Part shown: positions 29,661 to 43,533 of the stretch, one piece after another
How the letters are laid out: each line of letters opens with the position of its first letter
How positions within the stretch are numbered: position 1 is the first letter of the stretch
Assembly (NCBI RefSeq): GCF_009914755.1
Contig: NC_060932.1
DNA: 64,000 bases
Origin: the human T2T-CHM13v2.0 reference genome, Homo sapiens
Direction: 5' to 3' (one strand)
Made by a program: the position numbers and the translations under genes
Notes under the pieces: generated by a model
Told to the model about the DNA's origin: nothing
Databases searched by the model: none
What the model saw: only the letters and a program-made list of their open reading frames with translations

Positions 29661-31313
29661 AATCTCCTTTAATCTTCACTAAAATGCTAAGAAACAGGTA
29701 TAATTGCTATTATCCTTATTTTACTAATGGGTGAACCAAGACCAAAAGAAGTTAAGCAATTTTCAGCAGAGAAGCAGAGCTGGGATTCTGACCTTATGTC
29801 AGACTCAGAGCCCCACACTGCACCCTTACCTGCTACGACCCTCCCTCTAGGTCAGAAATGGTGGTGACCATCTCATCACAGGAGGGATGCTCATCTTTCC
29901 ACATAAAGGAAGATCTGAATTACTGTATGTCAAACAGACATAGATTATTAAAACAAGCAATGGAACTTAGTCTTTCAGGCAAATGCCAGAAAGACAAAAA
30001 TGGTTTGAGAATGTGAATGCCACATTTGTAATTCAATAGAAATGCTGACTGCATAAAATGAGATCGTGATGGCCTTGATGTTCTGTGCTAACAATCATTC
30101 AGTATAATAATCACCTTCCAAAGAAATGCAGCCAGCAGCACAGAGAAAAATGAAAAACATCATTTTGCACAAATGTTTGCTTTTCAAAAACACTTTGTGT
30201 GCATTTCCTTGGAATATTTTTGTATTTCTACAACTAGAAAATGCAGATTTATAACAGCAGGATATGCACTCCAGAGCTGATCATCTGCCAATGTGAGGCT
30301 TCCTCAGGAACAGCCAGGCAGCACTATGAGATGTGACTCCGAGAGCAACCAGCAGGTTAATTGCACCTGAGACAAGTTTAAATTCTTTTAGCCTGGACAC
30401 ATTCCAGAGTGATGGCCATGTAATGGACCTAAACAAACAAAATGTATGATCAACACTAGCTGTAGGCCTAGTAAGCTTCCAGAAGAGAATAGAAACATCT
30501 AAGACCAAAGATGATCTCAACATCTCTCCAGACTGAATGACTCCCTTCTCAGTAGGCCTTGGACAAAGCACCAACCTCATGAATCTGTTTTCTAATCTCT
30601 GAATAACAAATAATAGTATCTTATATCCAACCTTATGTCTAAGAGTTCTGAGGATCAAATTGATGGGTAAAAAAGAGTGAGGCAGTGTCTTATACATAAA
30701 CCTTGCTCAACTGGTGTTCCATAGTTTTTCTTGCTGTCATATAGGTGCTGCTTTTAACTGCATTTCAAATAATTAAGTTTATTCCTACAAAGTATAATCA
30801 AAATGAGGTATTCTTCAACAAATATGATGCAAATATAAAACAAGGATGATGTAATGAGAATATTGTTGCTCAATGACATCTTCTCTGAGAAGGTGGGGTC
30901 TTGAGAGGCCCCAGTGTGAAGCCTGGGACTGAGAAAGCTTCATGAGGTGGTAGAAGCAACAGGGCCAGGCAGGTCCCAACTAGATAGAGGCTGCGCAAGA
31001 CGATTAATCAAGCAAGGGCTCTGGAGTCCAACATTCTAACCATACCTGCCCAGGAACCACAGAAAAGGTACTTAGTGCCTCTCTGTATCCTCATCCATAC
31101 TAAGTCTCAGGACTGCTCAGGTCATTTGAATGTCTTACGTGGACACTGCTCTCCTGTCTATGTGATTTTACGACTTTAGACATTGTAACTCGGTTCTGAC
31201 TCCACCAAGATCCCAAAAGGTGCTCTTTTTGTTGGATTCCCTTTGTCATCCTTTTCTTGGAAAATAATCTTTTCTTCTTGATTGAACACACAAATGAACA
31301 AAAAAAGACAAAC

Positions 31314-31600
31314 AGCCTGGGAGTAGTGGCTCACTCGTGTAATCCAAGCACTTGGGAGGCCAAGGCAGGGGAATCGCTTGAACCCAGGTCTATGAGACCA
31401 GCCTAGGCAATTAGTGAGACCCTGTCTCTACAAAAAATAAAAAATTGGGCAGGCATGGCGGCACACACCTGTAATCCTAGCTACTTGGGAGGCTGAGGCG
31501 AGAGGATCACTTGAGCCCAGGAGGCCGAGGTTGCAGTGAGCTGTGATTGTGCCACTGCACTCCAGCCCTGGGTGACAGAGTGAGACCCTGTCTCAAAAAA
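31314..31600 (+). mobile_element. AluJ-like
   Basis: Dimeric Alu motifs and A-rich tail. Confidence 0.9.
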
Positions 31601-32032
31601 CAAACACACAAGCACAAAACAATAAAAACCTTCAACATCACATTTATCTACCTCATCTGTACCAGATTGCGTTCAAAACACCATTTACTTTATTTCCAGA
31701 TTGTTGCTTTGGGATTGCATTCTATATTGTTGCAAACAAGCCTGACATGAAAACACAACCATAACATAAACACAATATGTGTAAATACATGTAAATCAAG
31801 CAATTACTTACCAAAAAAGCTGACCTTTCATTTGTGATTTATTTATCTACAGTCACATACTTGCAGTTAGCTTTTTTATTAGTAAAGAGCTGTGAAGCAG
31901 AGATCTTGACTTCTGTCTTCCATAATCTTGGGCAATCTAAATAACCTCCCCTTTCATGGTTTATTTAATTGGAACTAATGTTTGATGGTTACAGGTAGCC
32001 ACAGAGTTAATGAACATAAAATAAAGTAGTTT

Positions 32033-32455
32033 TATGGGCTTGTGACCCCAAAAAGATATACAGAAGTCCTAACCTCCAGTATCTTTGAAAATAGGGCCAC
32101 TGGAGATTGATTAGTTAAGATAAGGTCATACTGGAAGAGGGCATGCCACAAATCCAGTATGCTGGTGTCTTGTGGGAAGAAGAAAGACAGACATGCAGGG
32201 AGAAGGCTATATGACAATGGAGGTAGAGATGGAATTGCTGCAGATACAAGCCAGGAATACCAAAGATTGAGAGCAAACCACCAGAAGCTAGGAAGAGGCA
32301 AGGAAGAATTTTCTCCTGCAGGTTTCAGAGGGAGCATAGCCCTCCCAATGCCTTAATTTCAGGCTTTTAGCCACGAGAACTGTGAAACAATACATTTCTG
32401 TTGTGTTAAGCCATCTAGTCTGTGACACTTTGTTACAGCATTCTAGGAATCTCAT
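32033..32455 (+). mobile_element. MaLR LTR (MLT1C-like)
   Basis: ccccaaaaagatat, aagccaggaataccaaagattg, ccaccagaagctaggaagaggcaagg, gaactgtgaaacaatacatttctg. Confidence 0.85.
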
Positions 32456-32898
32456 CGGGGCAGCATGATAAAATCTTTGAGAGATTTCACCCTCTGAGTG
32501 AAAGGTCTAGCAGGGCATTTACAAACATTGGGCAACATATCAGCAAATAGAGCTCATGGGTCAGGCACTATGATAAACACTTCACTTGAATCATTTCAGT
32601 ATATTATCACAAGAAATAAATGATGTTGGAGCTACTACCATTAATATATAGTAGCTAATGAAACCATGGCACAGACAGTTCACATGACTCACTTGAGGTC
32701 ACATTATTGGTAATTATAGAGTGTTGTGGGAACATCATGATGTTTCTTGCCCTTAAGGACTTGAAAATCTAGTAGGTAAAAACTAAAACATATGCACATT
32801 GGTTTAGTTATTAATTGGTTGTGTCTTTAATGTTTACTCCCTGAAATATTAACTAAAAGTATTCAACAGAAGGATCAAGAAATGTTAAGAGAGAGAGA

Positions 32899-33392
32899 GG
32901 CCAGGCACAGTGACTCATTTCTATAATCCCAGTATTTTGGGAGTCCGAGGAGGAAGGATCACCTGAGACCACATGTTCAATACAAGCCTAGGCAATGTAG
33001 TGAGACCAGGTTAAAGAAAACTGGGATTACAGGTGTGAGCCACCATTCCTGGCCTCTCTCTCTCTCTCTTTCTCTTTCTCTCTCTCTAAATCTCTCAATC
33101 TCAGCCTTACTATGTTGCTTAGGCTGGTCTCAAACTCCTGGGCAAAATAAATCCTCCTGCCTTGGCCTCCCAAAGTTCTGGTATTACAGGTGTAAGCCAA
33201 CACTCCTGGACCCTACAAAAAATTTTTCAAAACATCAACCAGGAGTGGTGACATGGGCCTGTTGTCCCAGCTACTCAGGAGGCTGGGGAAGAGGATCACT
33301 TGAGCCCTGCAAATTGAGGCTGCAGTGATCCAAGATCATGCCACTGCACTCCATCCTGGATGACAGAGCAAGACCTTGTCTCAAAAAAATAA
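32899..33392 (+). mobile_element. Rearranged AluJ containing two inverted Alu segments
   Basis: Left arm 32899-33007, inverted pieces 33021-33054 and ~33105-33209, right arm 33210-33392. Confidence 0.85.
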
Positions 33393-34632
33393 AAGACAGA
33401 GAGAGAGAGAACATGTAATGGGGACATCCAATCCTTAGCAGGCCTAAGAAATATAAATACAAGCCTGCCAAGTTCCTTATATAATCATCACATGTGGGAA
33501 TAATTCATTTTCATAATCCCCACAGTCATCTCAAAGTCCTGACTTGAGGCAATTTTCTAAGTTAACATCATTCTTGTTCTTGAAATTTTCCAGTATTCTA
33601 CCTGTGATTGTATTTGCCTGGCTCCCACTCACCCAGGGAGTGGGCATTCTGCACATAATTGCTTCCCTCCATTCTCTGTGTTCAGCCCAGCAGTGAGTGG
33701 AGATGGGCTGTATGAAAAAGATTTTTCCTTTCATAATAAAATGCGAAGAGGCACACTTCGCTCCCTTTACCAAAAGAATAGCTGGCATATTTTGTTCTGT
33801 TTTCTCTTCTTTGTTATAAATTTAAGATGTCTAGGGCCTTTTTTCTAAAAGTTATCATTGTGCTTGGCTATGCCAAGCCAGCCTCTTAACTAATTCCTCC
33901 CCACTCACTCTCCTTCTGCACTCCTTCAGGGAGAAGACAAGGAGAGGCAGAGAGAAAGAGTTAAAGAGCTGTTCTTACCAGCCATTTTTCTTAGAGCTCT
34001 TCTGCCATGGCCTTTCTTAACCACATTTTTCTTCTTGCCTAGCTACTACAACCTTTCTTTGAATTTTCTAAGCCACGTGGTATAAAAACTTATGCATGAT
34101 CCTCCGTTAATTTGTGTGTCTCAGCTCATTTTATTCTATCATTTTCATGATGACAAGAGTAACGACTGCTCCAAAGTCACTCCAACTCTTTTGCTTCACA
34201 GTAACCACAATGTAATTTTTAAGTCTCTTAATTATTATTTTTTAGATAGTTAAGACAAAACTACCTGTACTGAGATTATCTTAATGATGTCAGTGTCTCG
34301 GGGTGACTGACATGCCAAGTAGCTGTTGTTCATCTACCATTGGAATTTCTGTGCAGATTCTGGCAAGGAACATTTAATATAGCCCCAGAAAAGCAAGTTT
34401 ATTTCTGATGTTAGTGAAGTTCCAGTGAGGTAACTCTCAGATTGAATGAGTGCTGATTTAGGCTTTATGGATAAGAGACTGGATTCTGATGTGTACTGAA
34501 TGCATCTTGAATGTTGACTTCTTGTTACCTAATATTGATTATTTCCATTTGTGGGAGGCACTGAACTGAGTGTTTTACAAGTATTATTTCAATTCTCATG
34601 CAAATCCGTGAAGTTAAATAATACTATTTTCA

Positions 34633-34958
<326 letters not shown>

Positions 34959-34970
34959 TATATATATATA

Positions 34971-35180
34971 TTTTTTTCCTTATGATTTCATATTTTATTT
35001 TAGATTCAGAGAGTAAATGTGCAGGTTTGTTACATGGGTATATTGCATGGTGGTGAGGTTTGGGGTACGACTGATCCTGTTACCCAGGTAGTGAGCGTAG
35101 TACCCAGCAGTTAGTTTTTCAAACCCTGACCCCTCCCTGTCTCCCCCATCTAATAGTCCCCTGTGTCTATTGTTGTCATC
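34971..35180 (-). mobile_element. L1 3'-terminal fragment
   Basis: gtgcaggtttgttacatgggtatattgcatg...acccaggtagtgagcgtagtaccc, typical L1PA/PB 3' UTR end. Confidence 0.85.
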
Positions 35181-37319
35181 AGTAATACTGTTTTCAAGTC
35201 CATTTCACAGATGAGGCTTTAAGGGGTTAAATCGCTTAGTCAAGAGAGAGCCAGTATTCAAACTCAGATCATCTAAAGCCAAACTTCTATGTTCTGAACT
35301 GCTGTGCCGTACTGCTACTTGTCTCATCCCAGAACTCTGCTGAGGAACCACAACATTGGTTACAGCATTTGAGACTCTTTTAATGGCCAGAGTAACAAAT
35401 GCAGTCATATTTATGCTAAATGGTTCTCTTCCTTATTTTCCAGTGTGGAAACCTCAAAAGGGAAGATATATGCCAGCCAGAAAATATATCCTCTTCCAGA
35501 CAGTAGTTAATTGCAATGCTATTTTGTAATGTAAACTGTTTTTCCACTGCCATCCCTGAAAGCATAGCATGAAAGGCTCTTCCCAGGCCAGCCACAGCCT
35601 CACCTCCCAGCCTCCCTTTTTATCACTGCCCACCACCTGCCCCTACCCCTTCACACTCAACGTCTCTCTGATCTTCAGATAAGCTGTGCTCCCAAACATC
35701 ATCATGCCATATGCATACATTTCTTCTTCCTAGAATTCTCTTTCTTCTTTCTGCCAGGTGGTGAGCCCCTACTCATCTTTGAGGACCTAGTTTGTGTCAC
35801 CTTCTCTCTATAGCCTTACTTGACTCGCCTAGGGAGAGTGAATTACTCTTGTCTGCACTATTGCGTGTTTCCTTGAATATCACAAGTATTGCTCTTATTT
35901 GCTTTATTATCACTATTTTTTCAGTTATTTATTGTCCCAAAAGCTTGTCAGTAAATATTGGCAATATTGTAAGCCCTGCAACGGAAAACTGTGATTGCAA
36001 TTGCTATTCTCTGCATTTCAATTTCCTTCTGTCAACATGTGCTTCTCTGTTATGCTTGTGAAACATAAAGTCTTACATACACAAAATAACAGATGCTTTC
36101 TTTCCCACCCCAGGTTCAACCAACCTGTTACCTTTAAATTCTATTTAGTTTTCAGCTTCAAGTTCATCATCAACCTCTGATGACTGGGCACTCACTTACA
36201 AATTAATAATTAGAACTTAGACATTTTCTTGGCTAATAAAGAAATTGGTCTTGAGCTGTGTGGGTTTGAGTGGAGTCAAATATGTATTTTCAAATATTGC
36301 GCTACTCCCAAAGAGCCATTTCTCCCTATAACCGTAGCTGTTAGTTGGCAGAATAATTTCTTAAAGGAGCAAGATTCATTAATGTCTTTACATAATAAAT
36401 ATTTAGTGTGCCTTCCAGGTACCAAGCACTGTGTGAGATCCTGAGGAAATAAGAGCTTCATAGACTTTACAGTCTAGAGGAAAAGACGGGCTCAATTAGC
36501 AATCATTCAAACCAATATATAATTCCAACTGTACAAATGCAATAGTGAATATGGGTGCTCTGGACAAAAACAAACAAACAAACAAAAACAGAGACTAAGG
36601 ATTCCAATCAAGTCTCTCTCAGAAAACAACATTTAAATTGAGACATAAAAAGTGAGCAATAGTTAACCAGGAAAGAGAGGAGAAAATGTTCTGGAATAAG
36701 ATAGTAACCAGCTGCTCAATTTTGTATGGTCCAGATGTATATTTAGCTTGGCTTCTAGACATGACTACTAAAGTATAGAGTTGTTTCCTAAGACAGTGGA
36801 CATAACTCACCTTTTAAAATTTCTATTTAAAGAAAATATTCACTACATTTAAACACACTCCTTGATCAGTTGGCTATTAATCAAGATTAATTATTGCTAT
36901 GCCTTAAAAACTGTGGGAAAGAATTATGGGAAAAGTGACTATAGAGAGCTAGGCTGAAAAGAGTGATTCCAATTGGGTCTTGATTGGTTCTATGAAATCA
37001 TGAAGAATCCATCTGAATCTCAGTTTCTCAGAATACATGTGGTCCATCATGTATGGAACACTGGGGAGTGAAGTCAAGGAGCTAAAGAGGAGAAAGGAGT
37101 CCTGAGCAGAGAGAAGGCCTGGAGTTGGTGCACGGGGCAAAGTGGTCTGTAAGTCAGAGAGGAGCAGTCAAAGCGGAAGATGCAAGCAAGGGAGCTGCGC
37201 CTCTTCAGCCTTTCAAAGACTCTTGGCACGCCCACATGAAGAGCCAGCAGACTCAATGTACCCATAGCTATGCTGGTTTTATTCGCCCTCTCTGCACTCC
37301 AGCCACCTCTGTAGAGAAT

Positions 37320-37837
37320 CTCCTTTACATTCTAGGTCTTTTCCAGATCCAGGAGAGATTTCAGTTAAGAGTCTGACACCTTTTAAGGTCCATCATGTAA
37401 GACATATTTACCATGTATTCTTTCTGAAGCCTGTTACCTGGAGGCTTCTTCTATGTAACAAGAAACTTGGCTTCCACAACCACCCTTATCTTAACTCAAG
37501 ATTTTTTTCTGCTGAGTTCAACTCTTCAGGCAAAGCTTAACTCTTTCAACCAATTGCCAATCAGAAAATCATTGAAAGTGCCTGTAGCCTGTAAGCTCCC
37601 ACTTCAGGATGTCCTGACTTTTCATACCAAACCAATGTATATCTTACACATATTGATTTATGTCTTTGCCTGTAACTTCTGTCTCCGTAAAATGAGTAAA
37701 ACAAAGCTGTAACACAACCACCTTGGGCACACGTTCTTAGGACCTCCTGAGGCTATATCCCAGACCATGATCACTCATATTTGGCTCAAAATAAACCTCT
37801 TTAAATATTATGTAAAGTTTGGCTTTTGAAGTCAACA
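37320..37837 (+). mobile_element. MER4-type LTR fragment
   Basis: gagtctgacaccttttaaggtc, ctgaagcctgttacctggaggcttc, caccttgggcacacgttc, aaataaacctc...gtcaaca; homologous to 28728-29532. Confidence 0.75.
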
Positions 37838-39102
37838 CAAGAGTAAAACTCTTAAAAAGCAATTTCTGTTTAGCTTCATAGCTTTTGGAGGCCAGGATAT
37901 GAAAGGATTAGATTGCCGGGAGATAACAAGTGAGGGCTGGGCAGAGTGGGGGTGGGGGTGGGGGCTAGTGGCCCCTGTGCCCTGGGTGTGTGGCAGTAAT
38001 GGAGAATGTGTTGGAAACATCTGGAATGCAACTTATATGAGCTCTTGTGGGGCTGGGAGCAGCAAGGATCACACTCCAGGGACTCACAAAGGGCATTGGC
38101 CAAACTGAGCAAGTCATGTCACCAGTGATGGGGGATAGAATTGTGGAGGGGGATTCCCTGAGGGAGGCACAAAACCCGCCTTATCTGCCAAGCTGCATTC
38201 ATAGACAGGGTGGGAATTCTAGGGAGCCACAGATTGCTTTATCCGGAAGAAAAGAGCAAAGTTGTCGTTGGGACCATACAACTGCAGCAGACAATATTCC
38301 ATTTGTGTAGGCAGGCTTGGAAGATGCCAAGCCCCACAACCCACACAAGAACAGCCATCACTCACTTCACCTCCATCTAATTTATCTTTCTCAATGCTGG
38401 GTTTCTTTTTCAAATGGTAAAAGTGGAATTCCAGTCCATATGGTGGACTGAGCTAGTGGGAAAAAACATCCCACTCTTTCAAAAGCATGATAATTCTAGA
38501 TAACATTTAAGAATGGAATATTTTAAAAGTATGCCTGAGTGCAAATGGGAAAAACTTCTTAGGCATGTTTTAAACAAAACCAGAACTGGGTACCAGAGCC
38601 ACGAGCAGAAGCAAAACCAGAGAGGACAGTGAGCTTTTGTGCTCATCTAAGGCCTCAGGGCTAGATGTCAGCTTTGATCCCTTGAAAGTGTGATGGTCCC
38701 CTGAGTATGGAGGAAGATGGGACACTGAACTGAGGAATTTACCTGTTTAAATCTGAGAGCCATGAAAGGCTATTCAGTCTCCAAACTAAGACAAGAAGCT
38801 GAGCCACCCATCCTTTGGGCTCAGGGACACAGTGTGAGAGGGCCTTGGGTGGAAGGAGATTCACCCCTTAGAAATCAAAACATCAAGTCCCCACCCTGTG
38901 TTAGTGTGGGATCAGAGGTGGCCTTGTCTACATGAGGCCCTACCCAAACTGATAACTTATCACCAAAGCTGGTTCAGACATGCAGAGGCAAATGTGACCT
39001 CACCCTATAAGGACACCTTGGCAACCCATGGCACCGCAGGACATCTGTGGAAAACAATTCAATTTCACTTGGATAAGCTCACAGTCAAAAATTACAAACT
39101 TC

Positions 39103-39408
<306 letters not shown>

Positions 39409-39534
39409 ATTACAAACTTCACAAGGCAATGAGTAACCATAGAGAAAGCCAGAAGATGCAACGAATGACATAGGCTGCTTCTCAAGAACTTCTGATCATG
39501 GAGAAATCATAAAAGGAACACACCCTAACAAAGC

Positions 39535-39750
39535 TAACATTTATTGAGCACCTACCTAATATAAAGTGCTATGCTGATCGCTTCACATTTGTGATTTCAT
39601 CTGTTGCTCAGAGTGACCCCATGAGTAGGTTTTACTACCATACTTTACAAGAGGAGACTGGGGCACAAAGAGGTTAAGTAACCCACCCAAGATCACACAA
39701 TCAGGATGCAAACCAGGCAGTCTGACTCCAGAACCTCCACCTTTATTTAA
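39535..39750 (-). mobile_element. MIR
   Basis: atttattgagcacctac...gaggagactgggcacaaagaggttaagtaac..cccaagatcacaca..aaaccaggcagtctgactcca. Confidence 0.75.
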
Positions 39751-40792
39751 CCCTTGGCACTAAACAACTTCTCCAATAGGATCCCTAAGACAAGATCTAA
39801 TAAAAAAAAAGAGCAGACCAAATAAAATAGAAATAGAATTATAGAAATAAATGCTTAATGAAAAGATTAAATAACAGATTGAACAGAATTGAGAAAATTA
39901 GCAATTTTGGAAGATAGATTTGGGGAAATTACCTAAAATATGGTATGGAGTGATAAAAAAAGGAAAATAAAATATTTGGAAGATAAATGAAGGAGCTCCA
40001 ACACTTATTTAATAGAAGTAGCAGAAAGGGTGAATATAGATGGCAGAAGATAGATATTTGAAAAACAAATGAAGAAGATTTTCAGATATGTTAAAATTCA
40101 CATTAAGGCATCCATTTGATCTTTGACAATCTGACATTATTAGTCATCCTGGCATTTATTAACAATATGATCTACTGCAAATTACTAACTTCTTGGAGAC
40201 TTAGTTTCCTCTATCATAAAAAGGGAATCATGAATCATGATAATTATTTCAAAGGGTCCTTTTGAAAACTAAATGATATTTTATGCTTAGAAAGCACTTA
40301 GCCCAGGTTATAATACACAGGAGCATTCAATAATTGCTCATTCATTAAATTAGAATTTAAATAATAAATATGTTTCTATTATAATTCTATTATCTGTTCT
40401 TACGGCAAAGTTTCCTGAAAATAAAGAAACTCATTAGAATGCAAATGCTTCATTACTGGGAGTAATACTATCTAGACTCATAACTTATAACATCTTGACA
40501 TAGAAGACAGTGACCGTTTAATAAAGATTGGACCTGAAAATATAAAAAACACCAAACATTTTGCTGTATGGTAATATCTATGTATAATTTTTAAACAAAA
40601 AATCCACTTTGTAATCATCTAAAATGTAGGTCTACAATTTATTTAGTTTTTGAAGAATATATAAATGTATGTGAAAGTAAAAAATGTTAGCTCTGTAAAC
40701 TGTACCTTTTCCTTAATAAATTTTTAACCTCAGACTTCTGTTTGAACTAGTATTACTCCAGACCTACAAAGTGCTAACATCTGAATGTCTTA

Positions 40793-40811
40793 TGGCTCCA
40801 TCTAGTGTCAA
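40793..40811 (-). promoter_or_regulatory. Candidate CTCF motif
   Basis: Minus strand TTGACACTAGATGGAGCCA versus core consensus CCACTAGATGGCGC; motif only, no binding data. Confidence 0.45.
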
Positions 40812-41177
40812 ATGCTTATTAATACAATCTGCTTTATTAGGAATAAGCATCTGAATCTTAGATATATAGAGAATTCATCCATCATTTAGAAGGGGCCACA
40901 CCGGCAATACTAGGTCAGAAGTCCTTTGTTAACATCATGCTCTGTACACATTTCAAGACAATTACCTGTTGAGTCCACGTGCTTTGTTCCCACACATGCC
41001 TATTTCCACTGTCCTAGACAGGTAGGAACCCAGTCTCTTTTATCTTTGTGGCCACCAGGCTGTATGCAGTGCCTGGAACAGACCAAGTGCTAAGTAAATC
41101 TGAATGGACAAGAGTAGAAATATCAACAATTTGGTAGAATAACACTGCCATTCAAAAGGAAAAATTTTGATATCCAA

Positions 41178-41282
41178 AGTGATTGTCTTACATGAGAGAG
41201 GTGTATCCTTACAAAGAATATCAAAAATCTCTGGAAGTACAGCTATACAAAGTCATTTTTATGTAACTTGGCCTTAGTTGAG
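41178..41282 (+). repeat. Dispersed direct repeat, copy 1
   Basis: Aligns to 43094-43196 with 8 substitutions and one 2-nt indel. Confidence 0.93.
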
Positions 41283-42279
41283 TCTTTCAGCGATTTGATA
41301 TTGATGGCCTGATAGTGTGGCTGTGAAGGATCCTTACTCAAAAAAAATGCCTCACATTAGTATAGCACTTTAGAGAGAGGAATTGAGGTTAGAAATATGC
41401 AATTATAGCATTTGCCTAACCACAAGCACATGCAGGTCTCAGCTGTCTAGGTCTGTAGCCTTAAAGAAGAATGCCCAGTTTCAGTGAAGAATAATTCACT
41501 CTGCTTGCTTCCTTGCTTTGTTTGTTTTGCAGGACTGGAAATTGGTTTCTGAATTATAAATTGAACTGTCTCTAACATTTCAACAAAGTAGAGTTAAAAA
41601 TTGGTATTTTCATTCCTTGTGAGAAGTTGCCAGCTACTGGTGATAAGAGTTCTTACATTTTCTACTTATTTTATAACCAAGAGCCTGTTAGTCACCAGCA
41701 ACTTCCCCAAATGGAGGAAAGCCACTTAACTGTATCCTCCCTGAAAGCATAACTGCAGAATTCTGATGAGAACAGTTGTAGGCACTACAAAGACAAAATA
41801 AATGCAATTTATTTTCTTTTATCAACATTTTATTTCACAGAAGTTTTGAGGCAAATGAGCAGTCTATTCCTGCCCCTGCCTCAAATTGAAGGTCATAAAC
41901 CATCACTGCTTATATTATCTTGGTCCTGAGTTTAGACACATCTCAATCTTGACTACTGAGTGAGCCCTGAACCCTTCCCCAAGCTCTGATGTCAGCAGCA
42001 GAGGGAAGAATATGGGATTGCCAAGAAAATCTCATTAAAATAAGCTATTGTATAAAATTTGTCAATAAATTATAGTACAAGGCATTTCAGGCTTGACTAT
42101 TTTGTTTGTTTTATTTTTGATAGGCAAATAAAGACATGACAGGGGTTGAGTAAAGACGGCTTATCAAAGTAACATACACTATCCTTCCATACATATGTCC
42201 TGAGTTCTAGTCTCTACCCTCAAATTCATCTTTGGGCTCACTTGCTGCTGGAAAGTAAAGAAATCAAAATTAAGTCAAG

Positions 42280-42800
42280 ATATCATTTTTCATCTATTTG
42301 AGTAGACCAGATTATTTTTAAACTACCAGTACCCAATATCTTGGCAAGGGCATGGGAAGTGTACATTTATGTAAACTTTTTAGAGGGTAAAAAGTTCATT
42401 CTCTTTGATCTGCCAATTACATTCCGAGAATTTATCCCAATAACAAAAATGGAAAGAAAGACATTACAAGCATTTTCATTATACCATTTATTTACAATAG
42501 CAAAGTTTTGGAAATAAACTAAATGCTCAAAGGTAGGACAATGGCTAAATAAGTTATGATATATCCACGTGCTAAAGCATCAGGCAGTCATTAAAAATGT
42601 GTGGAAGAATATTTAAAGAGATAGAAAAATTCCACAATATAAAAGTGGAGACCAAACAGCGCATACATAAAGTATGGTAATGTGGGCAGTAGATATCTCT
42701 GAGTATTGTAATTATGGGTAATTTGATTTTCTCTTTGGGGTTTACATATTTGCACAATGAGCATGTACATCTGTTATAACCCAAAAAAAAACAATAAAAT
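42280..42800 (+). mobile_element. Ancient L1M 3' fragment
   Basis: ttggcaagggcatgggaa, gagaatttatccca, tttacaatagcaaag..ggaaataaactaaatg, atggctaaataagttatg. Confidence 0.6.
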
Positions 42801-43093
42801 TTATACACAAAAAAATTAGTCATGAGTTGGATAAAGTCATGAGCCTGAATGAAGAAACAGGAATATCCATTGTTCTTCCAAAAGAACCATGACTATAACT
42901 GCAACTCAGCAGTCATAACACAGGCTAGCCAAGTGTCATCACTGTTTAGAACCCAGGTGATGAGATCACATGAATCTACTTCAGATTTTATTTTCATAAT
43001 AGCTTACACTAGTGTTGTTCTGGAGCAGGACCAGATTAGGCAGTGATAATCTAGTCTAGATTAGGCTAATCTAGACTAATGACTAAGACAATT

Positions 43094-43196
43094 AGTGATT
43101 GTCTTACATGATAGAGGTGTGTCCTTACAAAGAATAAGAAAAATCTCTGGAAGTGAAGCTATACAATCATTTTTATGTAACTTGGCCTTAATCGAG
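43094..43196 (+). repeat. Dispersed direct repeat, copy 2
   Basis: See copy 1; preceded by nested palindromes 43047-43078. Confidence 0.93.
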
Positions 43197-43488
43197 GCTT
43201 AATGCTGACAAACAGTAAAAACAGTAGGCACACAGCTGTGGCAAGACATTACAATTGGAGTCACTGAAAGAAAGTGCAGCACCCACAGAGTGTTTCAGTG
43301 ACCTGGGGTCTGCAGTGTCACCACAACACATGGTGGGTATGCAGGCAGGACGAGGGTGAGGAGATGACTAGAAAGATGGCATGAGAAGACTGTAGTTGGA
43401 GTTTCAATATATTCAGTGGATTATTGGTAGGCCTTTTCTTTCAAGGATTTTAAGAATGCTGATGCCACAATCAAGATCTGTGTTTTAG

Positions 43489-43490
<2 letters not shown>

Positions 43491-43530
<40 letters not shown>
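43491..43530. repeat. (GT)20 microsatellite
   Basis: Read directly. Confidence 0.97.

Positions 43531-43533
<3 letters not shown>

Noticed and set aside
30281-30697. 138-aa ORF (likewise 13268-13708, 146 aa)
   Set aside because: No recognisable homology, low-information composition and no supporting exon structure.
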